A stretch of 55,702 nt of DNA, the filler included, from Jimgerdemannia flammicorona (Eukaryota), in NCBI GenBank assembly GCA_003990765.1. It is 2 parts of 2 records of this genome, joined end to end, with 100 filler letters (N's around TTAATTAATTAA, not from the genome) between each part and the next. Parts side by side here need not be neighbours in the genome. Positions count along the whole stretch, not along the records: positions 1 to 27,802 come from RBNJ01000600.1; positions 27,903 to 55,702 come from RBNJ01000601.1. One strand, written 5' to 3'. Both the position numbers and the translations under genes were made by a program. Positions within the stretch are counted from its first letter, which is position 1; each line of letters opens with the position of its first letter. The notes beneath the pieces are model-generated. The model was not told the DNA's origin. It saw only the letters and a program-made list of their open reading frames with translations, and made no database searches. Of this stretch, positions 24,046-36,313 are shown piece after piece.

Positions 24046-27000
24046 ATGAATGGTACAACTACTATTTTCTCTTTGAATGTGAATGGGTTGAGGGGACCTG
24101 GGCAGCGTAAGAACATTTTTTCTTGGCTCAAGGGATTGGAGGCTGATATCTTCTTACTACAGGATGTTCAATGTGAGGATGAGGATGATTGCTTAGAGTG
24201 GACTAGGGAATGGGGTGGAGCTACTGCCTGGTTTGGTAAAGTGGCGATTCTGGTGAGGAAGGGGAGAGGCAACTTGGAGGGAATCAGAAACTGGGGTGAT
24301 CGCTTGGTATGGGGAGATTGGCAGCGGCCAGGGTGGGAGTCAGTGAGAGTTGGCTCCTGCTACTGCCCTGCAGTTAGGGGTGAGAGGATTGCATGGATTG
24401 AGGAGCTGCTGGAGGAGGGTATTCTCTTGGAGGAAGGAGTCGATGTTCTCGGGGGGGACTTTAATATGGTTCGGGATCAGCATCTGGACAGAACTGATGG
24501 GGGGAGGAGTGCAGGGGGGAGAAGTGGAGGTCTGGATACATGGGAGAAGGTGGAGAGGTTGAGCTCCTTAGGGGATATGGGCAGAATGTGTTGGGCAACA
24601 ACTGGGTCTACACACATTGGGTGAATGGCTTAGGTACAAGGATTGATTGGATTCTGACGGTAGAGTATTGGGGTTCTGATGTTTGGAAGATGTTGGTGGT
24701 AGAGTGGTGCCCTTGGTCTGATCACTGGGGAATATTTGGAAAGGGGCAGTTTGGGGGGAGTGGAGATGGACCCGGACATTGGTGCCTTAACTCCTCCCTG
24801 CTGGCTGAGAAGGAGTTGTGGGACTCATGGGAGGTGGACATTCAGGTGAAGGTTCTTGCCTGGAGGCATGAGGGTTTGTCTGTTGGTGTCCATTGGATAA
24901 GATTGAAAGAGGCAGTGAGAGTATATTGGGGGGGAGCAGGTAGAGATGTTGGGAGGTGGAGCAGGTAGAGATGCTGGGAGGTGGAGGAGGGAGCACACAA
25001 GGTGTGCTTCCAGCAGGTTGAGAAAACTGCAAATGGATTGGGTGGATTTGCTTACTGCGGATGGAGTGGAGGATTGGAGGGTAGAGCAGGCTAAATTGGA
25101 GATAGTGGAACTGCAACAGGTCTTGTGAGAGGAGGAGGAGACCCATATGCGTGGAATGGCTGCTAGGCTAAGGTGGCAGGGGCTTGAGGAGGGTGAGTGG
25201 CCAACTAGGTACTTATCAAGACTCCTAAAAGCCAGGAGGGTGCGACATTGGTGGGATGGGATCTTGGATGCTGATGGGGATATGGTGCATGGCATGCAAC
25301 GAATCCTGGGGGTTTTAAAGAGGAGATGGCAGGGTTTGTGGAGTGAGAGGGAAGGGGGTGCCGATGGGGTGATGATTGCTGATACACTAGGGGAGTGGGA
25401 GTCACCGCAAGTAGCTGGACTGGATGACTTGATCTTACCGATGCGAGGGGAGGAGATCCAGAGTGTCCTTGCAGCAACTAAGCTTGGAACAGCACCTGGG
25501 GAGGATGGGTTGCCTTGGGACTTCTGGAAGAGGATGGTAAAGGTCCCTGGTATTTTGGGGGAGATGACTGTGCTCTGTGATCATGTTCTTCAGAGCAGTG
25601 AGTGGGTTGGAGAGCAGGACCTTGGGCTGGTTGCCCTATTGTATAAAGACAAAGAGAGGAGGGAAGACTGGAAGAACTGGAGGCCGATCATGCTTCTGGA
25701 TATGGACAGGAAGATAGTGACTAAGGTGATAGTCGCAAGGCTGCAGAAAGTTGCCCAACAGGTTCTGGGAGAGGAGCAGCAGAGCTTTGTTGGGGGCAGA
25801 CTTATAAGAGATGGTACTGCATGGGTGCATGGGGTCATTGAAGGTGCCCAGGCTTGTGGACTGGATGGAAGGTTGGTCTTTTTGGACCAGGAGAAGGCCT
25901 ATGACCGTGTATGGTGGGTTTGGCTGGGCAAGGTGTTGGATCAGATAGGTGTTCCCCCAAGATTTCGGACATCTATATTGAATCTGCTAGAGAGCAGTCG
26001 GGCGGGACTGATGTGTAATGGTCACCGAGGTTTGGCATTCTCCTTGGGTAGAGGAGTTCCTCAGGGGGACCCACTGTCCCCTATACTCTATGCCCTTTCG
26101 TTGGAGCCATTGATGGATAAGATTCATAGGAAGGTGGTGGGGCTCTCTATTTATGGTATAGTGTAGAAGGTGGGAGCCTTTGCAGATGACATGGTGGTTG
26201 GACTTGGGTCTGTGGCAGATGTCGAGGCACTTAGGGAGACAGTGGAATGGTATAAGGCTCACTCGGGGGCAAAGCTCAACTGGCATAAGTGTGAGATGAT
26301 GGTGCTTAGTAATGGGCTAGTGGGTGGGGATGTCATTGGAACAATTGTCTCTACTGGTGAGGCAGTACAGTATCTGGGCATCTTTCTTTCTGTATATGGT
26401 TCTGTCTTACTGTGGGTGTAGTGGGAGAACAGGGTGACCATATGGGGGGAGGCCCTTCGGAGTTGGGGAGGCTGACATATTTCTCTGGCAGGGCAGGTGA
26501 TGGTTCTGAACATATACTGGTTCTCCAAGCTGTGGTACGTGGCCTATCACCTTGATTTCCTAGCTTGGGTGGTGAAGAGGCTGATGAAGATGGCCAGAGA
26601 TTGGATCTGGGCAGGCAGGAGGTCTCAGATAGGTTGGGATACTCTTGCAACGCTGGTGGTCAGGGGAGGTCTGGGCCTTGTGGACTTCCCTAAGAGGCTG
26701 CACTGCTTGCGAGCCTGGTGGTTGAAGAGAGCTGCAGAATTGCAGGGAGGGGGTTGGGTGCCACTGTTGAGAAAGGTGTGGGTGATGAGGACATCTCCTC
26801 GAGGGTCCTCCGGGGATCTGCTCTCTTTGGTGAGGCTGAATGGAACTCAGTGGTTGCGGTTTAAGGGTTTTTGGTGGGGGGTGGTAGATGGATCACACCG
26901 CATTGGCCTGCACTGGCAAGGCAATGAGGGGGAGGTGGATTGGGGACCCGATATGTGGCAATGGGATAGACTGCTCCTGGGGGGTACTCCACTTGATACA

Positions 27001-27729
27001 TTTAATTTTGGGGATGAAGTGGAGTGTCAGTAGTATCTTGGACAGGATCTTTGGCCCAGTGGCTGGCAGGCGGCAGGGATCGGCGAGGAGTGGGACTGGG
27101 CAGGTATCTGGTCTTGGAGTGCTGAGGTGCGGAGGTGGCTTCCTCCCAAGTTCTGGGTGGTATGGTGGCGAATGCTGTGGAGGAATGTTATGTTAAACTT
27201 TCGCACTGGGTATCTGGTGGATGGTGGCCGTTATGATTGTGAGGAGTGTTATAATGTAGGGCAGGCAGGGGGTATTGTGCAGACACCAGAACATTGGCTG
27301 GGGGAGTGTGAGGTCTTGGGAGACTTTTGGGTAGAAATAGGGGATAGATTAGATGTAAGGAGGAGGCTGGCAGGTGTGGGAGGCCACTGGGAGGACTTGA
27401 GGTCTCAGCTAGTGGGCGGAGTTGGGGACAGCTGGCTTACTGTAGGGTGGGTATTGGCTGCGTGGGTGGGACTAGCAGGACATTGGCTTTTTGTATTTGA
27501 GGAGGGACAGTAGATGGGGCTAGGGGAGAAGATTTCCAGGTGGGAGGAGCTGTTGGGAGATCTGTTGACTGGATGGTGAGTGGGTTGGGGCCCTCAGGGT
27601 GGGCAATGTCACAGCTTGGTGGCAAGGATCTGTGTGCAGAGTGGAGGGAGGGTGGAGATTGTATTAGACAAAGTGGTCTTTCATCGGGAAGGGGTAGGGG
27701 TGGGGGGCCCTCCTAGAGGGATCGGATAG
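24046..27729 (+). pseudogene. LINE ORF2: APE endonuclease, reverse transcriptase, C-terminal CCHC; frameshifted with stops
   Basis: Endonuclease SLNVNGL, LLQD, GGDFN, RIDW, SDH. RT APGEDGL, NWRPIMLL, FLDQEKAYDRV, GVPQGDPLSP, FADD. C-terminal CEEC..PEHWLGEC; ends PPRGIG*. Confidence 0.93.
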
Positions 27730-27802
27730 GTGGAGAGATAACTGTATTTATAGAGATAGATGGACATAATAAAGGATGGGAGTCCAAGTGACTATAAAAA
27801 AA

Positions 27803-27902
27803 NNNNNNNNNNNNNNNNNNNNNNNNNNNNNNNNNNNNNNNNNNNNTTAATTAATTAANNNNNNNNNNNNNNNNNNNNNNNNNNNNNNNNNNNNNNNNNN
27901 NN
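27803..27902. other. Artificial contig spacer (N44-TTAATTAATTAA-N44)
   Basis: A symmetric 100-bp gap with a six-frame stop linker. This is an assembly/scaffolding artefact. Confidence 0.95.
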
Positions 27903-28460
27903 GTCAGCAAATCTGCCACCAACTCCTCCCATCTTGATAACTTTTCCCGGATCCCTATCTGTCACCCCTCCTCAAAAACAAAGAGCCAATGTCCAGCCAA
28001 CCCCACCCACACTGCCACAATCCAACCTACAGTAAGCCACTGATTGCCAACCCCTCCCACAAGTCTAGACTCCAGATCTTCCCAACGACCTCTCTCCCCA
28101 TCTGGTCTCCTCTCAACCCCAAGGCGGTCCCCTACAGCAATCCAAAAGTCACCCAGAACCTCACACTCCCCCAGCCAATGTTCAGGTATTTGCACAAAAC
28201 CCCCAACCTGCCCAACATTATAGCACTCCTCACAATCCAGCTGACCTCCAACCACCAGATGCCCAGCACGGAAGTTCAACATAACATTCCTCCGCAACAT
28301 CCGCCACCATACTACCCAGAACTTGGGAGGAAGCCACCGCCGGACCTCTGTACTCCAAGACCAGATTCTTGTCCAATCCCACCCTTCACCAATCCTCACC
28401 GCCTGCCAGCTACTCGGCCAAAGATCCTGGCCAATCCGCCGCTGACACTCCACCCCATCT
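27903..28460 (-). mobile_element. 5'-truncated copy of the same Tx1/L1 LINE (ORF2 C-terminus)
   Basis: ORF 27962-28453(-) is highly similar to the 27127-27513(+) region: RRWLPPKFWVVWWRML, CEECYNVGQ, GLAGHWLFVFEEG. Confidence 0.9.
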
Positions 28461-28679
28461 CCGTATCACATGGTCTTTCTCAATGGCTTCAGGTGGAGCA
28501 AGACATGGGCTTGGTGGATAGCATTCGTCAATGGTAGGGGGATGTGGTGGGACCTTTTACCCAATAGCACTCAGTTGGAACAGTCTTGGTTGAGATACAA
28601 ATAGACTGGGTGCTAGTGGTGGAGTACTGGGGTAATGTACTGGACACTGCTGAGGTGTGCTGGTGCTCTTAATCAGATC

Positions 28680-28717
<38 letters not shown>

Positions 28718-30655
28718 GGACCTAGGACACCTCATCAACCAGACTGAAATCCACACAGACCCCATGAAGATTGAGGCTGTTGCAGCCTACCCAAGACCCA
28801 GAACAACTACAGAAGTCCATGCCTTCCTTGGACTGGCCAGCTACTACAGAAGGTTCATCAAAGGATACTCTAATATTACAGCACCTATCTATGAGCTACT
28901 GAAGAAGGAGACCAAATTCGAATGGACCAAGGAATGCCAAGAAATCTTCAATGAACTCAAGACCAGGTTGACCCAAACACCTATCCTCAGAAGACCAGAT
29001 TGGAATCTAGAATTCATCCTGCAGACAGATGCAAGTGCTATAGGACTTGAAGCAGTTTCAGCTCAGAAGAAAGATGGACATGAATATGTCATCTCCTATG
29101 TAAGCCAAGGTACCTATAGAGTAGAACAGAACTATGAGTCATATAAGCTCAAATGCTTAACAGTAGTTTGGGCAGTAGACAAGTTCCACTACTACCTAGC
29201 CAGGAAATACTTCACTATTTAAACAGATTATTCTGCTCTTGTCTGACTATTCCACACTCTGAACCCCAAAGGAATATATGCCAGATGGATCTACAGGCTG
29301 TAAGAGTATGACTGTACTGTTAAGTACCACTCAGAAAGAACTAACACCAATGCTAATGCACTCTCAAGAACACTCCAAAACACCCCCATCAAGACTATTC
29401 AATATGAATAAGGAGCTATACTATGGATTAATCAGCTACCTTGGGCAGCAGAAGATGCCCAACCACCTCAAACCCTGGACAATCACTATCATCAACTGGA
29501 CTTGGAAACAATTTGAACTAGATAACACTATACTCAGAAAAGGAGGAAAGCTAGTAATATCTAAATACAAGAAGTATCAAGTAATGAAGGAAGTACATAA
29601 GCAAGGATATCTAAGAGGAATCAATATATACAATAAGGTAAGAAGAACTATATGGTGGTCCAAGATAGAAGAAGATCTGTGCCAATTTGTCAAAGAGTAT
29701 GACAAGTACCAAAAACAGAAATAAGATCAGTAAGATCAGATACCTGGGTCATCAAGAATTGAGCCTATCTCCTTCCACTACATCACAATGAATATTATTG
29801 GGCCACTACCAGTAATATTATCAGGAAACCACTATATTATAGTTATTGCAGACCTCTTCACCAAATGGATAGAGACAGAAGCATTACAAGAAGCCAATGC
29901 CCTCTCTATAGCCAACTTCCTGCACTAAGAAATCAGCTGCTACTATAAGACACCAAAACAAATCACAACAGACTGTGGCACAGAATTTGTCAATGGATTC
30001 CATGAGATAATATATCAGAAATACAAGATCCAGCACATCAAGACCACTGCATACTACCCTCAAGGAAATAGACAGATAGAGAGAACCAACAAGACCCTCA
30101 AGAACATTCTGGTGAAGATCACAGAGACATATGAGAATTGGGATAGCTATCTCCCAACTGCCCTCTCTATCCTATGAGACATACAGTCACAGAGTACACA
30201 CTTTACCCCAAGAGAACTGCTCTTCAGAGAAGAAGATTCTGATAGAACCTCAGCTACAAATCTAGACCTATCTTGGAGATAGGTTGATGCAGAAATCTGG
30301 AGGCTACACCAAATCAGGAAGAAGGCTGAAGATTATATTATCAAGTCACAAGTACTGATAAGAAAGAATGTGGAAAAGAATTACAAGACCCTAGAACTCA
30401 TTCAAATCAGAGAAAAGGTCCTATTGTATCAAAATATAGTAGAAGCCTCATGGTCATGAAAACTGGAGCCCAAATGGGAAGAACCCTTCTATGTGCAAGA
30501 TATCAAGGGAACTACCTTCTGGCTTAGAAAAATCTCAGGGACCATACTGCCTACTATGGTATATAGGAACAGACTCAAGAAGTACCACAAACCTATATAA
30601 GAGAAGCAAAATATGATGACTGCCCATGAGGTTCTAGTCTGCAAATCATAACAGC

Positions 30656-32010
30656 ATGTCCCATAACCAACAAGCTATCTGTCTGGACCATTCTCTAAGA
30701 GATATAGCACCAGTAACTACTCATCTGTGAGACTTTCAAAGCCAGAGGAGTTTGAACCATCAACTGATTGATCAAGATCAGAATCAGGCCCTTGCTCTAT
30801 ATGAAGGGAGTGACTCTTCACCATTATGCCAAAATATATAGAGAAGATGCTAGCCCATAAATACCACTTTTCGACCCCTTGCCAGAGGTTATGGGATCAT
30901 CAAATTTTTCAAGACTGAACCAATGAATAAGGATACTTGAGAAGATCCCTATTCAGAAGGAAGATATAATGGTGACCCCAGAATGATGACATCAGCACAG
31001 GAGACAGTCTTTCCTTACAAGCTATCAGATTGAAGTACAAGAAGATCATATGACATATGAGATGAGCAATGATGACCAATTTTGAGTCATTGTGACCACG
31101 GTACAAGCATCCTGAGGAATATAAAAGAAGGATCAAGGAACTGCAGTAATAGCAACCAACAAGACCCACCAATTCCAAAATAGCTCAAAGACTCACTACA
31201 AATGAAATGCCTGCTGTCTGCCAAATCTCAAGATCAAGAAACCACCAAGGTATCTCAGTCAAAGAAAGGATGTTCCAAGACATCAGAAGAGCCATGAGGA
31301 CCTACTCAAGAAGGACTCCTAGTGTCAACCTGGGTACCAGTGACTCTTATCATTATATTCTCTACTGCTGTGAAATGGAAACAAGGATCACCATTGCTAC
31401 CAAATGCCTTCAAATGTAGTAGAAGTACAAAATAGAAAACCTCCTCTGCTGAGAGTTCCTATAGGCCAGCACTCAAGAGCTACAAGATGCCACTCCTATG
31501 GATATATGCAAAATGAGGATAGCTAAGAAGATCCATCAAATCTTCAGGCATGTACTATAGTCAATCCCCAACTTAAAGTATGTTAGAGTCTCAGATTTCA
31601 GAGATCTATCATCTTGCCATATCAATACACTAGAAGCCAGGGTGGCTACAGAAGCTCAGTCCACTATTACCCTCAATAGTGATGAAGTAGAAGACTTCTG
31701 GCATCTTATCCTCCAGGACAACCCAGACCAATTCCTGCAAGGATTGATCTCAGTATTCCAAGGCCCAAGTATCCAGATTAGACCTCCCCAAGACCCCACA
31801 TTTGTTCCCTATTTTGTGGAAGAGAACCTCATAGACTGGAGAGCTCCAGACCTCCTTCCCACCACTGAATGTAATATCAAAGTACATGAGATGTGCAATC
31901 TACATGATGACAATGATGAGACAGATGAGATGTTCATAGACCTCATCTCCTTTGAAGACATCCTGATCTCTGATGATGAAGCCTCTATGGTCTTGAACAT
32001 TCTGCTCTAA
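30656..32010 (+). pseudogene. Accessory ORF3 downstream of integrase (about 450 codons, unknown function)
   Basis: ATG 4 nt after the pol stop. Reads through with TGA/TAG stops explicable as single transitions and one frameshift. Shares a 28-aa motif with ORF3 at 43786. Confidence 0.65.
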
Positions 32011-32018
32011 GTCTCTTA

Positions 32019-32146
32019 GTTACACTGAATAATGCCAGCACTAGCATTCTGAGGTAATGCAAAATTGTTCCAGTACTGGCATCTGATGTAATACTGAATA
32101 ATTCCAGCACTGGTATTCTGATGTGACACTGAATTATACCAGCATC
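32019..32146 (+). repeat. About four tandem 34-35 bp repeats in the presumed LTR U3
   Basis: Unit approximately ATGTAATACTGAATAATTCCAGCACTGGTATTCTG, containing palindromic CCAG(C/T)ACTGG. Confidence 0.75.
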
Positions 32147-32508
32147 CTGAACCTATACAACTATCAGTACCAACTCTGGAACTTAGCAGTTTTTTCTATC
32201 CTAGCATTTTATTTTAGTTATTGAAATTTATATTTAGCTTTATATCTTAGTAACCATTGAATTATATTTTGTATAAATACTCCTCTTATTTCCTCTGAAA
32301 TAAAGTCAGTTCTGGTTCACTTACATATACTTCTTTGCAAGTAATCTAAGAGATAACAAGACAGTTAAAGATAAGAAGTTTGAGGACTATAAGACCTTGG
32401 GAAGGCACTCCAATAAGAACTTGCTTATAACAAACTTGAGTTAGTCTAAGAGATACACCTTGAAGAAAATCTGGCATATTTGAAGGACTCAGTGACCACT
32501 ATGTAACA

Positions 32509-33386
32509 CTATATAGAGAGTTGGCTGATCTTGGGCATCAAATATCTGTAAAGGTTTTAGCAGATTCTTAATACTTGTAGCAGACTCTCTGAGCTTTAGC
32601 AAGCTTTTCAGTAAGTACAGTTCTGGTATAGAAGACTGTTTTTTGAGTAGTATTAAGATGGAAAGAGAGATGGCTATTATAGATAAGTGAAAGAATAATT
32701 ACAGTAGACCAGTCAGATATTAGATTAGTAATAGTTATTAAGACTAGTATAGATACTATATCAGTGGAGCCTTCTGATTAGTACAGAGAAGTTAAGTAGT
32801 AAGTATTACTCTTGATAGCTCTCAGTAATATATAAGCTTAGACTCTAGTTATTTGAGATCATTGAGAGAGCCTAAGACTACTTAGATTAGATATTTAAGG
32901 TATACTCAACTAGAACTAAGAGCTGATATGATGATATAACTGAGATCTATAGACTTGAGTAGTGGGATATTAGAGATCTCCTCTCACTTTATATATAAGT
33001 TCTTCACTTATCCTATTGAGGAGAATCAGATTCTACCTACTGTTTTATATCTTTTATAAGAGTTTTTCTTTACCTGTTTCTCTATTTGAGATTGTAGAAA
33101 CTTTGCTATCTGGCTCTGATATAGCCTTATACATACATTAGAGTTTTAGGTATATATATTTAGTTATTAGTATATGGTTATTTTTTCTCTAGTAGTAGAG
33201 AGAGTATGATATGCAGAATGAGGTATAGGTTTTTTATTCTTGCTATATCTGATATAGTAGAGCTATTAGACAATAGTAAGCTTAGATTTATAGAGGTATA
33301 GCATTCAGGAGAGAGGTGGGGTTTTGGTCTATATAGTCTAGATTTTCTTCTAATAAAAATCTATAGAACATAGAGTCATTTTTTTT
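32509..33386. repeat. Unclassified interspersed repeat (copy 2, inverted, heavily C>T/G>A mutated)
   Basis: Inverted homologue of 1-842. Cut on the left by the Gypsy LTR ending at 32508; ends in a T/A tract on the right. Confidence 0.75.
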
Positions 33387-33404
33387 AAAAATAAAAAAAT
33401 ACTA

Positions 33405-33574
33405 CTAAACTTATATAAAAACAACTTAGTATCTAGAGTGAATAAACCTCAGATCAAAGAAGTTTGAGCCTCATCCTAGTAGTCTGATAATGAGATCAGA
33501 TAGATACTATCTATGACTCTGAGAAGTTAAGAAAATTTACTATACTTCTCAGATTATATATTTACTATATTATA
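33405..33574 (+). repeat. 3' half of an LTR related to Gypsy family 2
   Basis: ATCTAGAGTGAATAAACCTCAGATCAAA is identical to 38756-38783. Terminus TTACTATATTATA resembles CCACTATATTATA at 44757-44769. Confidence 0.6.
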
Positions 33575-36313
33575 TCATCTTATATAATTATCTATCTATA
33601 TCTATCTCAATCATCTATCCATCTCAATTATTTATCTCATTTATTATTATTATTATTATTATTATAGTATTATAAAATTTATATAGTAATTTTCTTTTTA
33701 AAAAATATAAAACTGGTAGAAAATCTTATATATATAAATATTAAATTTATAGAGAGATATGAAAAAAGTTTAAATAAAAATTCTGACTCTGTCAAAGTTG
33801 TAGTAAATCAAGCCATATTACAGAGTTTTTTTTTAATATATTTTTTTCTCGTTATGTTCTATACCTTCGAAGTTTACTAAAATTTATTGAGGTTTATAGA
33901 TTTGCCGCACTGTACATGTGGCCAGCCAGACCAGCACAGTCTAACCAATACACTACAACACTAGCTTACATTGAAGTATTATAAGTATTATATATATATT
34001 TTTTAAGGATCAAAACGCTCAGTGATTCGCAGGTGGTCACATCCATCAACTCGTCAACCTCCTCGCTCGCAAGACCCTTCAATCCTGCGCCGAAAGACCG
34101 ACAAATATGTTTGAAGAGTTGTTTTTTTTGGGATTGAGAAACGAGGCGACGTTGCTCGTTTTGATTTTGCAAACCGAGTGGTCGAAAGATGGTAACATCC
34201 CAACAGGAAATCATTTGACTGTATACCTCCATCTCGGCAATTACACTGGTTGGACTCGGTAAACCGATCCTCATGCCACTATTGCATCAGGAATACACAA
34301 CGGGGCTCTCTTAATTTTCGTGGTGTATGATATAAGGTGACTACAAGTAATTAAACTTCCGCACTCCACCGCCTATACACCTTCCCTAAACACCCTGCTA
34401 CAGCGACGAACCGCCGAAATTGGTCCCTCTGCCAAGGTCATCCAGAGTATTACAGTGATACTGCTTTCCCATCGTTCTGTAGTCCATCGCCGTACTGCGG
34501 TCGTCTGCGGTCCATCGTCATTTTGCGATCTGCGGTTCATCATCGTTCTGTTTTCTGTGGTCTATAGTCATTCAGAAGTCCTCGGCGTTTTGTGGTCCAT
34601 CGTCGTCTTGCAGTTTATCGTCACCTACCATCGTTCGGCAGTTAACCATCGTTATGCGTCGAAAAACGGCCCTATCTGTATATACATCCTTGATTATTAA
34701 TATTAAGGCCCACGTAAGGGTGCCAAGTACCTATAGAAAGGCCTCGAGAGCCGCACGGCTTGCGTACAGTTCGTACGGGTTCTGAGGGCCCTGGCACAAT
34801 GCAAATCACGCCATTGTTCTACTGCCTTAATTTCGACGCGTCAAGCTTTACAACAGTACACACAGTACAGTATATACACAGCCCTATCCGTGAATCTTGT
34901 TACCATGACCTGTCAACTTCGTACAAGTCTTCTTGTGTAGCCGCCTACCTTGAGTTTCCGTATGCCCACTTGACTCGAATGTTTCTGTATACTGTGTTTC
35001 GAATCACCATATCGTCTCACAATGGTGTTATGCAACTTCTCGCTTTAGATTCTCTTATTCACATACTTTCGGATATTGCCATACAGGTAATTTCTTCGGA
35101 ACCTCTATTGATCGCCGCGACCGCAGTTATATTCGTCAGCTTATCGGGGAACCGAACGGATGCTGAGCCTCAAGTAATGGTAAATGACGTGTGTTGAGAG
35201 TTTTGCTAGGAGTTCGTGCGGTACAAGAAGAAAAAAAAAAAAATTCCGGCTTATAAGTGGACAATCCAGTCGTCGACATGCTCTAGAAACAGGTGGGGTG
35301 TCGGGGAAGGTGTCAGCTTGTTTGAGATCCTGATTTCGCTTTGTAGGATGGTAGGGTGACCGTGGCGGCAGTCGATGTCTTCATATATTAACTGTGGCTG
35401 TGGTGGCATGTATTGCGATGAGGTAACTAATAGGCAGACACAGGAGACGGAAGTGAATGAAGATACTAAATTCTACTACACGAAACACACTACCACCCTA
35501 AGAGTTATTTTTAAGTGATTTCAGAGATGAGCATCCTTAAAAAAATATATCGTATACTCTTCCCTATGTTGTTCAAGTGGTGATATGCATATGTCGCCTT
35601 TGCTTCGCTTTCAAAAATTTATTTCACCGCTTGACGTTCGTTGTGTTCGCTTTTAAACTTAATTTTGGCTATCATGATACGATCGATTGCGTTCCATGTC
35701 AAAAATCGGAGGCCTCGAATGGCACAGCGTGTTCAAAAGGAATTGCCCGTCAGAAATCCATTGTGACCCATAAGCGAATTGTGACCTATACGATTGCTGA
35801 CAATATCTCACAATACCCAGTCGTGACTTCCGAAAGCGATCTGAAAAGCGTCCATAGAAACCAACTTTATCGGCACACCCGCTGCAAGCTGACATCTACC
35901 AACGAGCATGTAGAGGCACGGTTCAGCACGTTAACGATATCCAAAACGTTAATACGCCGCTAGGGGGTGCGGTCTTGGATCCGTTTCATTCCATTTGGCC
36001 TATGATGACGTAAGTCTCGCTTTGGTAAGATAGCAGTGGGAATGAACTGGTAACCGAAATGATAAACAAAATCAATTCGGCGCCAAATACCGCTAGCGGC
36101 GCCATTAAAGAAGAAATATGCCTCATTCCAGTTAGACTCACCAACCGATTTATATAGGTTTATAGATTTGCGGCGTGGGAACGGGATGAGTCAGACGAAT
36201 TATTCCTAAGCCACAACAGACCGTTACCGATAACTACATTAACCCGACCCCTTGCCAATCAGAAAATATTTCAACAGTGAAGAGTTAACTAGCCCCACTT
36301 CATCTGCCACAAA

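Larger units (their letters stand above)
21805..27802 (+). mobile_element. Near full-length Tx1/L1-clade non-LTR retrotransposon (about 6 kb)
   Basis: Two ORFs, short 3' UTR and poly-A running into the assembly gap. The 5' end abuts an A-tract downstream of the hAT transposase stop. Confidence 0.93.
28720..32508 (+). mobile_element. 5'-truncated Ty3/Gypsy element (family 2): RT tail, RNase H, integrase, ORF3, 3' LTR
   Basis: LGHLIN, FLGLASYYRRFI, FILQTDAS, zinc-finger/integrase (IIGPLP, DLFTKW, TDCGTEF, TTAYYPQGN, KLEPKWEEPF). 3' LTR has TATAAATA (about 32272) and AATAAA and ends CCACTATGTAACA at 32508. LTR start not defined. Confidence 0.88.

Noticed and set aside
21932..26650. Numerous Pro/Ser/His-rich minus-strand ORFs
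   Set aside because: Antisense shadows of the G-rich LINE ORF1/ORF2.
27847..27858. Palindrome TTAATTAATTAA
   Set aside because: Synthetic six-frame stop linker inside the N gap, not biological.
27000..28460. Apparent tail-to-tail inverted LINE pair
   Set aside because: The copies are separated by an artificial contig spacer, so adjacency and orientation are unproven.
28635..28720. ORF N-terminus with a poly-Phe run fused to RT/RNase H
   Set aside because: Translation of a poly-T tract at a truncation junction.
33960..36000. Several 80-145 aa ORFs and a degenerate GTCCATCGTC minisatellite (about 34470-34660) upstream of P450 A
   Set aside because: No domain, consistent splice model or clear repeat period; treated as intergenic.
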